From NCBI GenBank assembly GCA_963675595.2, contig CAXXLZ010000002.1:672001-736000 (forward strand): 64,000 nt of DNA, read 5' to 3'. Below, piece by piece: positions 29,164-39,508 of the stretch. Made by a program: the position numbers and the translations under genes. Under the pieces are notes generated by a model. It did not search any database, was not told the origin of the DNA, and saw nothing but the letters and a program-made list of their open reading frames with translations. The first letter of the stretch is position 1; each line of letters begins with the position of its first letter. Origin of the DNA: Thermodesulfobacteriota bacterium (lineage in GTDB: Bacteria; Desulfobacterota; Desulfarculia; JACQYL01).

Positions 29164-29964
29164 ATGCACGACGACTCCTTCCGATCACTTCTGGAACTCC
29201 TGGGACTCTCTTGGCAAGGATACCGCAAGGTGAGGCGAGGGGTGAAGAAGCGGATCTCACGCCACATGTCTCAGCAGGGCTGCCGCGGCACGCGGGAATA
29301 CCTGGAGCTGCTGAAGGCCGATGCCGGGTTCCGAAAAGAGTGCGAAGCGCTCATGGGAGTTTCCATCAGCCGTTTCTTTCGGGACCGGGAGCTCTGGGAG
29401 ACACTGGAAGGGAAAATTCCGCCCGAGCCGGCGGCGAGCTCCGGAAGCGAAATCAAGGCTTGGTCCGCAGGGTGCGCACGTGGGGAAGAGGCCTACAGTC
29501 TGAAAATCCTGTGGGACCGGATACGCCGATCCGGCGTCGGCCTTCCCGCCCTTCGCATAACGGCCACGGACATCAACCCGGACTACCTCCAGGCGGCTCA
29601 ACTAGCCCGCTACACCTGGAGCGCGTTGAGGGAACTTCCCCCTGATTCGGCACAACGTTGTTTCGAGCAGGAACCCGGCGGAAGATGGTTCCGGTTGGTC
29701 CAAGATTTGAGAGGGGAGATTGAGTGGCTTTGCCGTGACTTCTTCGCCACGCCGCCCGGCTCCGGATTCCATCTCATTTTCCTGAGGAACAACCTGCTCA
29801 CCTATTACTCACGCGACCGCGTCGGGCCCGCTTTCAACACTATCTTGAACGCCCTTGCCGTTGGCGGCTTTCTCGTGCTCGGTTCCCGCGAGCATCCGCC
29901 CTTTCATCATCCGGCCCTGCGTCCGTCGGCCGGCCTTCCATACTTGTTTGAAAGGCTGCCGTGA
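29164..29964 (+). CDS. cheR: CheR-family SAM-dependent methyltransferase
   Basis: SRFFRD, WSAGCARGEEAYSL, ATDIN and IFLRNNLLTYY motifs. Confidence 0.88.
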   Translation: MHDDSFRSLLELLGLSWQGYRKVRRGVKKRISRHMSQQGCRGTREYLELLKADAGFRKECEALMGVSISRFFRDRELWETLEGKIPPEPAASSGSEIKAWSAGCARGEEAYSLKILWDRIRRSGVGLPALRITATDINPDYLQAAQLARYTWSALRELPPDSAQRCFEQEPGGRWFRLVQDLRGEIEWLCRDFFATPPGSGFHLIFLRNNLLTYYSRDRVGPAFNTILNALAVGGFLVLGSREHPPFHHPALRPSAGLPYLFERLP

Positions 29965-30500
29965 CCATGACCCAAATACCAACAAGAAAGAATCTCCTGT
30001 TCACCGGACCGCCCGGTTGCGGCAAATCCACCCTCATCGAAAAGATCGTCCGGAAAGTGGATCGACCGTGCGCCGGATTCTTCACGCGGGAAATCAGGGA
30101 TCGGGGACGTCGCGCGGGATTCGCCGTCCACACCCTTGACGGGAAACGGGGCATCCCGGCTCACGTGGATTCCTCAAGTCGGATCAAGGTGGGAAAATAC
30201 GCCGTCAACCTGCAGGACGTGGACCACATTGCCGTGCCGTCCCTGATTCCGGAAAATGATCGAATCCTCGTGGTGGTGGACGAAATCGGCAAGATGGAAT
30301 GTTTCTCCCCCCGGTTCCGACAAACCCTGCTGCAGGTTCTGGATTCACCCAACCCGGTGCTGGGCTCCGTGGCCCTCAAGGGAGACGCCTTCATTCAGGG
30401 GGTGAAGAAGCGCGCGGATACGGAGGTGGTCCTGGTCAGTGAGCAAAACAGGGATGCGTTGGCGGAGGTGTATTTTCGGAACGTAGGGGAGGACGGGTAG
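29961..30500 (+). CDS. Nucleoside-triphosphatase (THEP1/NTPase_1 family)
   Basis: TGPPGCGKST, GFFTREIR, KVGKYAV and VVDEIGKME motifs. Start GTG 29961 or ATG 29967. Confidence 0.92.
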   Translation: MTMTQIPTRKNLLFTGPPGCGKSTLIEKIVRKVDRPCAGFFTREIRDRGRRAGFAVHTLDGKRGIPAHVDSSSRIKVGKYAVNLQDVDHIAVPSLIPENDRILVVVDEIGKMECFSPRFRQTLLQVLDSPNPVLGSVALKGDAFIQGVKKRADTEVVLVSEQNRDALAEVYFRNVGEDG

Positions 30501-30730
30501 GGCCGACCTGGATGTTCCAGGGGATTGTTCCGCCCTGCCCCCACGAGGGGACGACTCGGCGGTTGAGGGCGAATCGTTCCATGACGGAGGTTCGCTGGGA
30601 ACTCGACATTTGGTTGGGAGTACCGCACTCGGGAGGGATTTCGGGCAGGCTCTGCGGCCCGCCCGATTGGGTTCGGAAGCCGAATTCGTTGTATTTAGGG
30701 GGAAGAGGCGCGCCGTCCCGCTCGTCTCCC

Positions 30731-31852
30731 CTATTCGAACTGTTCCAAGTACTTCCCGTAACCTTCTTTTTCCAGGTCTTCCTTGGGAATGAACCTTAGT
30801 GCGGCCGAATTGATGCAATATCTCAGCCCCGTGGGTTTGGGGCCGTCGGGAAAGACGTGGCCGAGGTGAGAGTCACCGTGCCTGCTTCGTACCTCCGTAC
30901 GCGTCGAAAACCAGCTACGGTCCTCTTTTTCCACGATGTTGTCCGGCTCCAGAGGCCTCACGAAACTGGGCCACCCCGTGCCCGATTCGTACTTGTCTCT
31001 GGAACTGAACAGGGGTTCCCCGGACGCCACGTCCACGTAAATCCCGGCCTTTTTGTTGTCCCAGTAGGCATTGTTGAAAGGCGGCTCCGTGCCTTCCTCC
31101 TGCGTGACCTTATATTGCATGGGAGACAGCCGTGCCTTCAGCTCTTCCTCGGACGGTTTCGTGTAGGTCCGTTCCTTTTCACTCATGCGCGATTCTCCTG
31201 AATCTTCTTCGCCCCACGTGGTTTTGATGAACTGGTCCCGACCCGAATTCCACCGATAGAACTGATACCGAAGAGAATGATTCTTATAGTAGTCTTGATG
31301 ATAGTCCTCCGCCTTGTAGAACTTTTCGAACGGACGGATTTCCGTGGCGATAGATTTGCTGAAACGACCGGATTCCTCAAGGCGTTTCTTGGACGCTTCC
31401 GCCAAGCGTTTCTGTTCCTCGTTGTGGTAGAAAATGGCCGTGGCGTACTGGGACCCTCGGTCCACGAACTGGCCTCCGGGATCCGTGGGATTCACGTGCC
31501 GCCAGAACACGTCCAGCAACTCATCGTAGGAAATCTTGGCCGGATCGAAATAGACCTGAACCGCCTCCAAGTGTCCCGTGCCCCCCGCTGAAACCTGTTC
31601 GTAGGTCGGGTTTTCCACGGTTCCCCCGGTGTATCCGGAAACCGCCTCCACAACTCCTTTCGCCTTTTCAAAATCCGCTTCCACACACCAGAAACATCCA
31701 CCGGCAAAGGTCGCCGTCTCCAATCCTTCAAGCCTTTGTTCCATACTCTTATCCTCCCCCGGCTTATCCGTCATTGCCAAGCCGGAACCCAAGGAGAAAA
31801 ACATCCAGGCTCCGATCGCCATAAAAGCCGTCAAAAAAAGAATCGTTTTCAT
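30731..31852 (-). CDS. msrAB: Bifunctional peptide-methionine sulfoxide reductase MsrA/MsrB, with signal peptide
   Basis: [14 protein letters not shown] and AEDYHQDY (MsrA); [14 protein letters not shown] and RYCINS (MsrB). Confidence 0.96.
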   Translation of the reverse strand: MKTILFLTAFMAIGAWMFFSLGSGLAMTDKPGEDKSMEQRLEGLETATFAGGCFWCVEADFEKAKGVVEAVSGYTGGTVENPTYEQVSAGGTGHLEAVQVYFDPAKISYDELLDVFWRHVNPTDPGGQFVDRGSQYATAIFYHNEEQKRLAEASKKRLEESGRFSKSIATEIRPFEKFYKAEDYHQDYYKNHSLRYQFYRWNSGRDQFIKTTWGEEDSGESRMSEKERTYTKPSEEELKARLSPMQYKVTQEEGTEPPFNNAYWDNKKAGIYVDVASGEPLFSSRDKYESGTGWPSFVRPLEPDNIVEKEDRSWFSTRTEVRSRHGDSHLGHVFPDGPKPTGLRYCINSAALRFIPKEDLEKEGYGKYLEQFE

Positions 31853-32151
31853 ATCGTGGCCTCCTTATCTCGTTTGGACGCCCGCTCAAAACGTCCCGGG
31901 AATTGTCCTTCGGGATGGAGGCCGCCTCGCTGTTTCGAGAACCGCCTTCACCGATCGCCCCGTCCCGAACTCCGGCGGGCCTTCTACGGTTTTTATAGTA
32001 ACCACGTTCCCGCCTCATTCCTGTGATGACCGGGTAATGATTGTGTAAAGGGCTTGTTATTCGGAGGGGGGGCTCACTGAGAAACGCCGCGGGGGAAGAA
32101 CCTGAGATGGTTCTCCCCCCGTCATGGTCGGCCTCGGTCTTTGCGTACGGC

Positions 32152-33498
32152 TCAGGGCGTGTGTAGCAACTCAATCTGGTACTTGTTGAAAAAAGAAAGT
32201 GTGGTGGTGCCTTCCAGAGCGGTGGAACAAAGCTCCACAAAGGCTTCCGGCGGGAGCCTGACGAACCCCGTCTCAACTTGGTATTCGGCCACGTTGCGCT
32301 GAGCCGTTGGAATCTTGGAGAACCGAACACTGAGCACGCCCTGAGCTTGATTGAGCGCCCCACGGACCTTTTCAGCACCTGCTTCGTCCACTCCGTGGAC
32401 GGTCAACCGGGTGATACGCGCGTCTTCTAGCAGCAGGCCGGGAATGTCCCAGGCCAGTTCTTCCGAAGCATGGGCCGCGGCCTTTTCCAGGCAGCGTACC
32501 CGCGCCTTCATGGGATCGGCGGAAGTGGATTTCTCCAACCGATGAAATGCCTTCACCAATTTGCCGTTGGAAACCACCAGGGCTTTGGCGGACAGTTCGG
32601 CTTCGGCGAAATACACCGTTACGCCCACATCTTCCCGACGAAGAGGTTGCGACCTGAGCACGCCCACCAGCGCCAGGTCGGCGTCCACCGCCCGCGCTAC
32701 GACGAGTGCCTGAGCCGTGACTCCGGCCTTGGCTTCTTGCAGGGTTCGGGCGTCTACGGAACGCTGCACCATCAAATCGTCGGAGGTCACCACTTGGTAA
32801 CCGTATTCTGAAAACGCCCGGGCCATGGCGGCCTCCAAGCTCGTGAGCGAAGAGCCCACCGAAACCTTATCTCCTCCTGAAGAAGCCTCTACGGTCGGCG
32901 GTCCCCCCGACGGCACACCGGCAACCACTTCGGGGAGAATCACGAGCAGCCGTGGCGAATCCAACAATTCCAGGTAGAGACGCAGGGCTTGCTCCCGATC
33001 CTCCGCATCGCTTCCTTTGGGCGCGACTTCCGCTTCGATGAGCACCTCGTACCAGGACGGGTTGCCCTGCACCACGCCTTCCCTACGTATATCGTAGGTC
33101 CGTATGAACCCGGAAGACCGGGAAGTGATGATGTCGTTCACCTGCTTGACGTTTCGAATAACCATCAGGCTTCCAATCTCCACGCCGCATCCTCTGCTTA
33201 CGGCCTCGGCATAGGCGGCCCTCAGCGCCGCCTTGCGCGCGCCTTCCACGTCGCCCCCATAGATGGTGGCAACGCCGCTTGCAACCACACGGCCGGGCTC
33301 GGCTTCATCCACGGGCAGTGGGACCACGTTGCCCTGCTTGCCGATGGACCGAACATCGGCAGGGGAAAAAACAGTCTCCTTTTCCTTCTTCCCCGCGGTT
33401 TCAGGGCTCCGGCCGGCCTTGGCAGGCACGACCATCCACAGGAGGCAAAGCAGGCCCACCCATGCAAGCATCCGAACTAGGTTTCCCTTATGATTCAT
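32152..33498 (-). CDS. Exported protein with FlgT-N-like domain and CsgG/TolB-N-like middle domain
   Basis: Signal peptide; VVASGVA...ARKAALRAAYAEAV...G..I.S...SSGFIRTYDI..E...YEVLIEAEV (FlgT N-terminal pattern); PRLLVILPE...VDADLALVG. Confidence 0.7.
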   Translation of the reverse strand: MNHKGNLVRMLAWVGLLCLLWMVVPAKAGRSPETAGKKEKETVFSPADVRSIGKQGNVVPLPVDEAEPGRVVASGVATIYGGDVEGARKAALRAAYAEAVSRGCGVEIGSLMVIRNVKQVNDIITSRSSGFIRTYDIRREGVVQGNPSWYEVLIEAEVAPKGSDAEDREQALRLYLELLDSPRLLVILPEVVAGVPSGGPPTVEASSGGDKVSVGSSLTSLEAAMARAFSEYGYQVVTSDDLMVQRSVDARTLQEAKAGVTAQALVVARAVDADLALVGVLRSQPLRREDVGVTVYFAEAELSAKALVVSNGKLVKAFHRLEKSTSADPMKARVRCLEKAAAHASEELAWDIPGLLLEDARITRLTVHGVDEAGAEKVRGALNQAQGVLSVRFSKIPTAQRNVAEYQVETGFVRLPPEAFVELCSTALEGTTTLSFFNKYQIELLHTP

Positions 33499-33620
33499 GT
33501 TGCCACCCCATGGTTCTATGAACTTCGATCATTCTCAGTCGCGGTCCGGACTCCTGAAAACCCTCGGCATACAAGGGCCGAACACTCTGGTGCCGCGTGA
33601 GGCCCCCTTGCCCCGGGCTT

Positions 33621-34364
33621 TCAGAGCGGAGCCTTTCGCAGGTCTCCTTTTCGCTTCACCTGATACATCTGTTCCCACACGATGATGCCGGTTTTCGAGT
33701 CGGTGAGACGAAATTGAAACTGTAAGTACCTGAATCCTTGTGTCTCCTGTCCCACGTTCATCTCGTTCATGCCATAAACAAAACCATTGAGGAAATAATC
33801 AACGTCCCTGAGTTTGCCGGAAACTTCGGTGACCCGATGACTGGTTCTGTGACGTTCTTCGTCCGTCGAAGGCAACAAGGTTCCTACTTCCAGGGAAGAG
33901 CCGAGGTCCACGGAGGTGCGCCTCCGCGTTTCTTCCGCATGATCCCCCACGATAATGGGTTCATCCGTCTGTTCGATGCGTTCGTCGATCACTTGAGCCC
34001 GGGCGGTTTCGTCACGAAACAGGATGGGAGCTTCCCCCATGCGCTGGATGATTCCTCGCACCGTCCTGGGGTAAATGGAAAGGTCCAGGGGTTCCCCGGT
34101 GTGGTTTTCCATGGGCTTGATTTCCACCACCACGGGTTCCTCGGCGCTTTGCACCGCCGAACAAAGGACCAGATCGCGAGCCATGAGATCACAGACGGCC
34201 AGAAAATCGTCCACGAGCGGTGCGGCAAGGTAAGGTTCCCGAGGCTCCTCCTGCAAAGCGCGGTGAGTCGAAACCGGTTTGTCCGGGGAGGCGCATGCGT
34301 TCATACACACCATCACCGCCACCCCGAGCAGAAGCATCGCTCCCACCCATCTTCTCATCAGCAT
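33621..34364 (-). CDS. lpoB: LpoB-like lipoprotein
   Basis: SD GAGGAGG; lipobox-like NAC; MENHTGEPLD, DYFLNG and YLQFQFRLTDSKTGIIVWE resemble the LpoB family. Confidence 0.72.
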   Translation of the reverse strand: MLMRRWVGAMLLLGVAVMVCMNACASPDKPVSTHRALQEEPREPYLAAPLVDDFLAVCDLMARDLVLCSAVQSAEEPVVVEIKPMENHTGEPLDLSIYPRTVRGIIQRMGEAPILFRDETARAQVIDERIEQTDEPIIVGDHAEETRRRTSVDLGSSLEVGTLLPSTDEERHRTSHRVTEVSGKLRDVDYFLNGFVYGMNEMNVGQETQGFRYLQFQFRLTDSKTGIIVWEQMYQVKRKGDLRKAPL

Positions 34365-34403
34365 CGTCTTCCTCCTCACCCCAAGCGGGCGACATCCACC
34401 CGG

Positions 34404-34916
34404 TTATTTGTGACGGAACCAACGTTTATCCCGCTTCTCGGGCTTGGCGTTCTCTTTCTTATCCTTGATCTCTTTCGCCGACGGTTCATAAAGCGAAGCA
34501 GTGCGCACCTTGTCGATGACAACCTGGAAATCCTCGATTCCGAATTTCAAACTAGCGCACTTTATCAGTTGCACCTCAGAAGGAGTCAGGAATATGGTCC
34601 GCCAAGCGGACACGTCTTCGGGCTCCTGACTCGAATTGAGAAAAACAAAACGAACGTCGGAAACCACGCCCAAATCCTTCATCCGGCTTTTGAGCACCAG
34701 ACGAACCATCAGGCGCCCCGCAGCAGTGGTTTCGTGTGATACATCGACCACTTCCAGCAGACGCTCCGCGTCGGGTTCCAGAAGCAATACTTGGGGAAAC
34801 CGGTAATGGGTCGAGGAACGGCCCTCTTCCGCGTCGCCCCCCCAATCACCCGCCTTAACCGCCCCCGAAATACCGAGAAGCAAGATCAGGACGGACACAC
34901 CAATCAGCCTATTCAT
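34404..34916 (-). CDS. YcfL/DUF1425-like exported protein
   Basis: Signal peptide; GRLMVRLVLKS...VRFVFLNSSQEP...SAWRTIFLTP pattern; lies directly before the lpoB-like gene as ycfL does. Confidence 0.68.
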   Translation of the reverse strand: MNRLIGVSVLILLLGISGAVKAGDWGGDAEEGRSSTHYRFPQVLLLEPDAERLLEVVDVSHETTAAGRLMVRLVLKSRMKDLGVVSDVRFVFLNSSQEPEDVSAWRTIFLTPSEVQLIKCASLKFGIEDFQVVIDKVRTASLYEPSAKEIKDKKENAKPEKRDKRWFRHK

Positions 34917-35094
34917 CCCTTTCTCCGTCACACGCCATGAAGCCTTCACATCAAATCCTCCACCTTCAGGGGCGAAAAAGCTCTCCCGAAGCCATGATCG
35001 GCGAATGCGAAGGAACCGATCATACAGATCAGAGGTTCCGTGCAACTTCACGCACTCCGGGCATCGAACCGTCCCGGCACCAGCCGGTTCCAAA

Positions 35095-36933
35095 TCATTC
35101 CGTCAGCTGAAACAGGGCGGCGTCCTTGATTTTGGTGAACCAGGGGTTCTCCTCGCCAATGCCCGCCCGTCGGCAATATAGAAACCCCTTGGCCAGCTCT
35201 TCAACGGCTTCATCATGTTCGCGCCTGTCCATGCGAGCCGCAGCCCGCTCCCAGAATCGCCGTTCCCGCGCTTCAAAGGCGCTCAGGACCACTCCGGCCA
35301 CCTTTGCCACCATCTTTTCCATGAGCAGCTGCCGAATTTCGCCGTCCGTGGGCAATTCCAGGGGGTCATGCCGAATGCCCGCGGCGGGTACGGCATCGCT
35401 GAAAGCGTCCTCCGCATCCTCGGCGGCTCGAAAACTCTTGGCCACGGTAATGGACGCCTTTTCGGAGTCGAAAATCCGGAGGGATACGTTCATCACAGCC
35501 TTGATGCGTTCCTTCCCCAAGACATAGGTTGTCATGGACGACAGGGGAACTCGGATGGTCTTTTCCGGAATCGATGGCCACTTGGACATATCCGTTCCGT
35601 AGGTCTTGAGCATCTGATCATAGAGGGGATTGGGCTCGACCCGCTCGCCCATAGGCACCACCACCCTGCTCCGATTCTCGGAACGTTGGTGCTCCGTGTC
35701 GAAAACATTGACGTTGCCGATAATGAACAAGTGAGCGCCGAGTACTTCGCTGAGCTGTTTCAGTTCCTTGCCGCTTTCCTTCAACAGTAGGTCGATTTTG
35801 GACCGCTCGAGCACTTCGATGCCGTAAGGAAGACGCTGCACCAGATAGGAAATCAGGTCATCGGAGAATTGGACACCCACGTTGGGTTGGTCCACGGGAG
35901 AGCCGAATCCGGAGACGGCGATCTGGACTCTGATTTTCCGTTCCAGTCGATCCCTGAGTTCCCGATGGACTGCGAACGCGCCTTCATGGTCCGGATTCAG
36001 CATGAGGGACTTGACTGAAAGCAGATAGGCCAAGCCGAGCTTGTCCGGTTCTTCCGCGCCGATTCGCTTCGCTTCTTCCATGTAATAAGCGGACCCGGAT
36101 GAACGAATGCCCGCAAGCAGCGACTCCTGCGAAGCCAACGGGGAATCCTCAACCAGACGAAGGGCGGCGAAATATCTCTTTTCTCGGGAGAGGTTTCGCA
36201 GTTCCTTAAGCACTCCCCCCTCCACGAGAGCATCCACCCGGTCACGGTAGGCGGAAACTAGAGCGGTGTCGGATGCGGGCTGTTGACAAGTCAGTTCGTC
36301 GAACACTTCCTTGGCCTGCTTCCAGTCCTTCCGTCCGATGGCCTCATCCAGCCGATTCCGGAATGCCGTGTCCCTTTCTTGAAGCAAGGCGGACCTTCGG
36401 GAGAGGAGGTCCGGCTCTCCGGGAGACAGAGTCAGGGCCCGGTCCAGCGCTCCCACGGCCCGGTTCCAGTCCTCCCTGGAAGCCGCCCTTTGAGACTCCC
36501 CAAGGTCTCTGTCCAACGAGGACTCGAGGGTCTTCTCTCGATCGAGATAGAGCGACAAGGCCTGCTCCATCCGTCGCTGTTCGTCGTCGTATGGAAGATG
36601 ATCCTTCAGTAGGACCACGGCGGCCCTGACATCGGGTAGATTCGGTTCATCGGACAGGGGGGGTATTTTCGACAGTACTCCGTCGGTGATTTCGGCGCGG
36701 ATATGAAAGATACGTTGACGAGTGGAGTCGTAATCCGAATGATCGGGCCGAATTTCTTTTAGAGCGGCCTCGTACAGCTCCAGGGATTGTATCTTGTCCC
36801 CCGCTTCGTATCGCCGTTCGGCCTGCTGGATCCGGGAGGCGCAAGCACAACAGAACCAAAGGCACAAGGCCGATACCGCCCATATGAGGACTCGGGTTCT
36901 CCTTGAGTCGCCATGCACGAATCTTTCCGTCAA
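35095..36933 (-). CDS. TPR-repeat lipoprotein with CsgG-like domain
   Basis: Cys-rich lipobox (CCAC); TPR-like helices (WNRAVGALDRALTLSPG); IAVSGF...EVLERSKIDLLLKE...GAHLFIIGNV...SLRIFDSEKA pattern of the CsgG/HfaB family. Confidence 0.75.
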   Translation of the reverse strand: MTERFVHGDSRRTRVLIWAVSALCLWFCCACASRIQQAERRYEAGDKIQSLELYEAALKEIRPDHSDYDSTRQRIFHIRAEITDGVLSKIPPLSDEPNLPDVRAAVVLLKDHLPYDDEQRRMEQALSLYLDREKTLESSLDRDLGESQRAASREDWNRAVGALDRALTLSPGEPDLLSRRSALLQERDTAFRNRLDEAIGRKDWKQAKEVFDELTCQQPASDTALVSAYRDRVDALVEGGVLKELRNLSREKRYFAALRLVEDSPLASQESLLAGIRSSGSAYYMEEAKRIGAEEPDKLGLAYLLSVKSLMLNPDHEGAFAVHRELRDRLERKIRVQIAVSGFGSPVDQPNVGVQFSDDLISYLVQRLPYGIEVLERSKIDLLLKESGKELKQLSEVLGAHLFIIGNVNVFDTEHQRSENRSRVVVPMGERVEPNPLYDQMLKTYGTDMSKWPSIPEKTIRVPLSSMTTYVLGKERIKAVMNVSLRIFDSEKASITVAKSFRAAEDAEDAFSDAVPAAGIRHDPLELPTDGEIRQLLMEKMVAKVAGVVLSAFEARERRFWERAAARMDRREHDEAVEELAKGFLYCRRAGIGEENPWFTKIKDAALFQLTE

Positions 36934-37449
36934 CGATTCACTCCGCGTTTTGATGAAAACCGGGACTTGATCATCTTACAACAAAACCATCTTAGTGAAC
37001 ATAAGGAAAGAATTCAACTTCCCTTGAACATCTCGAATATTTTGTTCACTTTTCGGCCGACGAGACATCACCATGGGAAGAATATCCTGGAGGCGTCAAG
37101 GAAACGCCTACACCGGAAAGGTTCAAAGACGCATGGTATAATGTTGCCCCATTTTACATCTACCACGCCCATCCGACGTATATCGAGAGTGCGCCGGCTG
37201 TTCCAACAACCCATTACCGACAATCCCGTTTTCGGCATGGAGCAACTAAGGAAGCGACGACTGTCTTGATCCACGCTCTTGTTCTTCGGCGAGGTCTGAA
37301 ATACAATTCAGTTGACGGACCGCCCCCCCATTTATATGATGAATGGAAGCTTTTCGTTTTCCAATCCCGCCGTTTCGGCGCAGCCATTGGAGAGGCCCTG
37401 GGTCCTTCGATCCGGGGATCATTCACATCATAAGTCCGAGGAGAACTTC

Positions 37450-37947
37450 ATGGTTTGGAAGATGAACCGTTGCGGAAGATTATGGGCCGTTCTGTTTTCC
37501 CTCGCTTTTCTGGTTGTTTTTGTGGGGTGCCAGGAAAACGTGAGAAACGAAACGGATGATGATTACGCCGCTCGCCAAACGGGACCGTCGCCGGAAGTCA
37601 CCACTGAAACGGTGAGAGTTGAGATGGTGCGGCGTTTTGACCCACTGACCCTGCAGGGCATCGGCGTGTTCGTCTCCGACAACGAGGGCCTGGCCAGGCG
37701 TGCGGCCATTAATCTTGCCGTCGCCGATCTCGCCTCTCAGGTTCAAACCGTGGTGCGTGCCGAAAGCGCGATTTACAACGTAAAGGAAGTCCGAGACGTG
37801 GTGGAGAACCGCGTGCGGGCTTTGGTCAGCAATTACCGAGTGGATTCGGAAGGATACGATCCGGGCACCAATGTGTACCGTGCCAGAATCAGACTCTCCG
37901 GAGAGGATCTCAGGAGAGAGATCGAACGCTGGATCGAAATCCGCTGA
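37450..37947 (+). CDS. LPP20-like lipoprotein
   Basis: SD GAGGAG; lipobox FVGC; QGIG...LARRAAINLAVADLASQVQTVV...V..LV pattern of LPP20/FlgP. Confidence 0.72.
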   Translation: MVWKMNRCGRLWAVLFSLAFLVVFVGCQENVRNETDDDYAARQTGPSPEVTTETVRVEMVRRFDPLTLQGIGVFVSDNEGLARRAAINLAVADLASQVQTVVRAESAIYNVKEVRDVVENRVRALVSNYRVDSEGYDPGTNVYRARIRLSGEDLRREIERWIEIR

Positions 37948-37976
37948 CGCGCCCGACCCCGCCCGTAGGTATTCCA

Positions 37977-38011
37977 TGCGGCAAACCGGTTCCCCGCCGG
38001 TTTTCCGCATG
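37977..38011 (+). terminator. Hairpin after the LPP20-like gene
   Basis: ATGCGG-CAAACCGG...CCGGTTTT-CCGCAT. Confidence 0.45.
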
Positions 38012-38123
38012 TCTACTTTCGGGCGAACCGCCTTCGCGTCGGAGAACGGCCGAGGCGTTTCGGTCTTAGCCCCGCCTCGTTGAATCCGCGGCATTGCCGG
38101 TTCCCTAACGGAAAACGGATTTC

Positions 38124-39125
38124 ATGAGAAAAAAAATCGTCCTGTGGATCGGGATTCTCGCCCAATCGGCGATTCCGTTTTTCTTCTGTCTTGGCTGTGC
38201 CTCGTTTGCCTCCATCCCTCCTGAGCCGGTTAAGACGGTCTACGTGGTCGAAGGTCCGCCCGATCGAGTCGACGTCCGTTTCGCCCCCGCCTTCGTCGCG
38301 CACCAATACTCCAAGACGTATAATCGCATCGGAACGCTCTCGGCCGTTCGTAGTCCCGATGGACAAGAACGAGTCTTCGTGGATCCCCATAAGGCTGTGG
38401 TCTTTTCCGAAGTCCGCACTTTTTCCACGGCTTCGGGAACCTACACCAATCTGATCTACCGGGTGCATTTCTCCGAAGTGCCCTTCACGCTCATCCCTTT
38501 GCATTATACAGCAGGCTACAACGTGGGACTTCTGGTCGTGGTAACGCTGAATGCCGCCGAAAAGCCTATTCTCGTCACTACGGTGCACACCTGCGGTTGC
38601 TATGCGGCCGTCATTCCCACGGCGGCCCTTCCTCTGGAAGCACATCCGGAGAATCGAACAGAGGGTCCACTGGACGTCTACGGAGAACGCCTGCCGTCCC
38701 GACTCGACTACTCGTCCGCTTCCCATCCCAGGCTTATGGTTCATCTGCGGCCCGGTGTACACCGGGTAATGGACCTGCAAATCACAGACGATTCCGATCT
38801 AGCCTCGGACCCGGCTTTTCGTTTGCTGCCCGCGACCATGGAGCCTGCGGATCATTTAGAGAAGATTCCCATCCAGGGCGGAACCACGAGCTTCTATTTT
38901 CGAGATTGGCCGCTCACCGGCCACGTGAAAGGTTCTTTCAAAGGGCTGGAAAGCCTCACATTGGGCATTGTGAGTCTGGATTTCTACGTGGGTATGGACA
39001 AGGTTTACGGGGATGAAAACGGTCCCGACAACCCATTCTATACCAGCCTGCGATTTTGGAACCGGGAGAAATCGGACATGCGGTTTTTCGCCAGGTTTCT
39101 TAGGTTCTGGGGTTGGCGCCTGTAG
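38124..39125 (+). CDS. Hypothetical lipoprotein with HxCGCY motif
   Basis: Lipobox LGC; NLIYRVHF and TVHTCGCY; coding-like composition. Confidence 0.75.
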   Translation: MRKKIVLWIGILAQSAIPFFFCLGCASFASIPPEPVKTVYVVEGPPDRVDVRFAPAFVAHQYSKTYNRIGTLSAVRSPDGQERVFVDPHKAVVFSEVRTFSTASGTYTNLIYRVHFSEVPFTLIPLHYTAGYNVGLLVVVTLNAAEKPILVTTVHTCGCYAAVIPTAALPLEAHPENRTEGPLDVYGERLPSRLDYSSASHPRLMVHLRPGVHRVMDLQITDDSDLASDPAFRLLPATMEPADHLEKIPIQGGTTSFYFRDWPLTGHVKGSFKGLESLTLGIVSLDFYVGMDKVYGDENGPDNPFYTSLRFWNREKSDMRFFARFLRFWGWRL

Positions 39126-39383
39126 GCGTGAAACCGCGAGTCGCATCCATGTGGCGGCGGAGAAGTCCCGAGAAAAAGATACCTTTTTCCCATCACCACA
39201 ATCCATTCTCCATTCAAGTCGGTCTCCCAAGCGCCGACTCCGATCCTACCGAGATTCCCGATCCTACACAGCCGATTCCAGGCCGGATATTTTCCTCGTT
39301 TCTTTCGTTCTTCCATAGTCATCAACGGCAGCCGAAGCCTCGTCCTCAGCGCCTCTGAAATCTGCCGAGTAAGCGGATCGGTA

Positions 39384-39399
39384 TGGAAATTGCATTGCA
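39384..39399 (+). promoter_or_regulatory. Probable sigma54 promoter of the PEP-CTERM gene
   Basis: TGGAAATTGCATTGCA = GG-N10-GC, about 110 bp upstream of the start. PEP-CTERM genes are commonly sigma54/PrsR controlled. Confidence 0.55.
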
Positions 39400-39508
39400 T
39401 AGCGGTGCCGTTTCGATCCGGTCCCCCCTCAAGGCTGGGCCGGAGCACCGTTGAGCTCGAAATGTCATACACTACTTACTGAAGCTGCATCACGAGAAAG
39501 GGCCGAGA

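Noticed and set aside
39257-39270. 14-bp exact match CCCGATCCTACACA with 57392-57405
   Set aside because: Several 14-mer matches are expected by chance in 64 kb, and the contexts differ.
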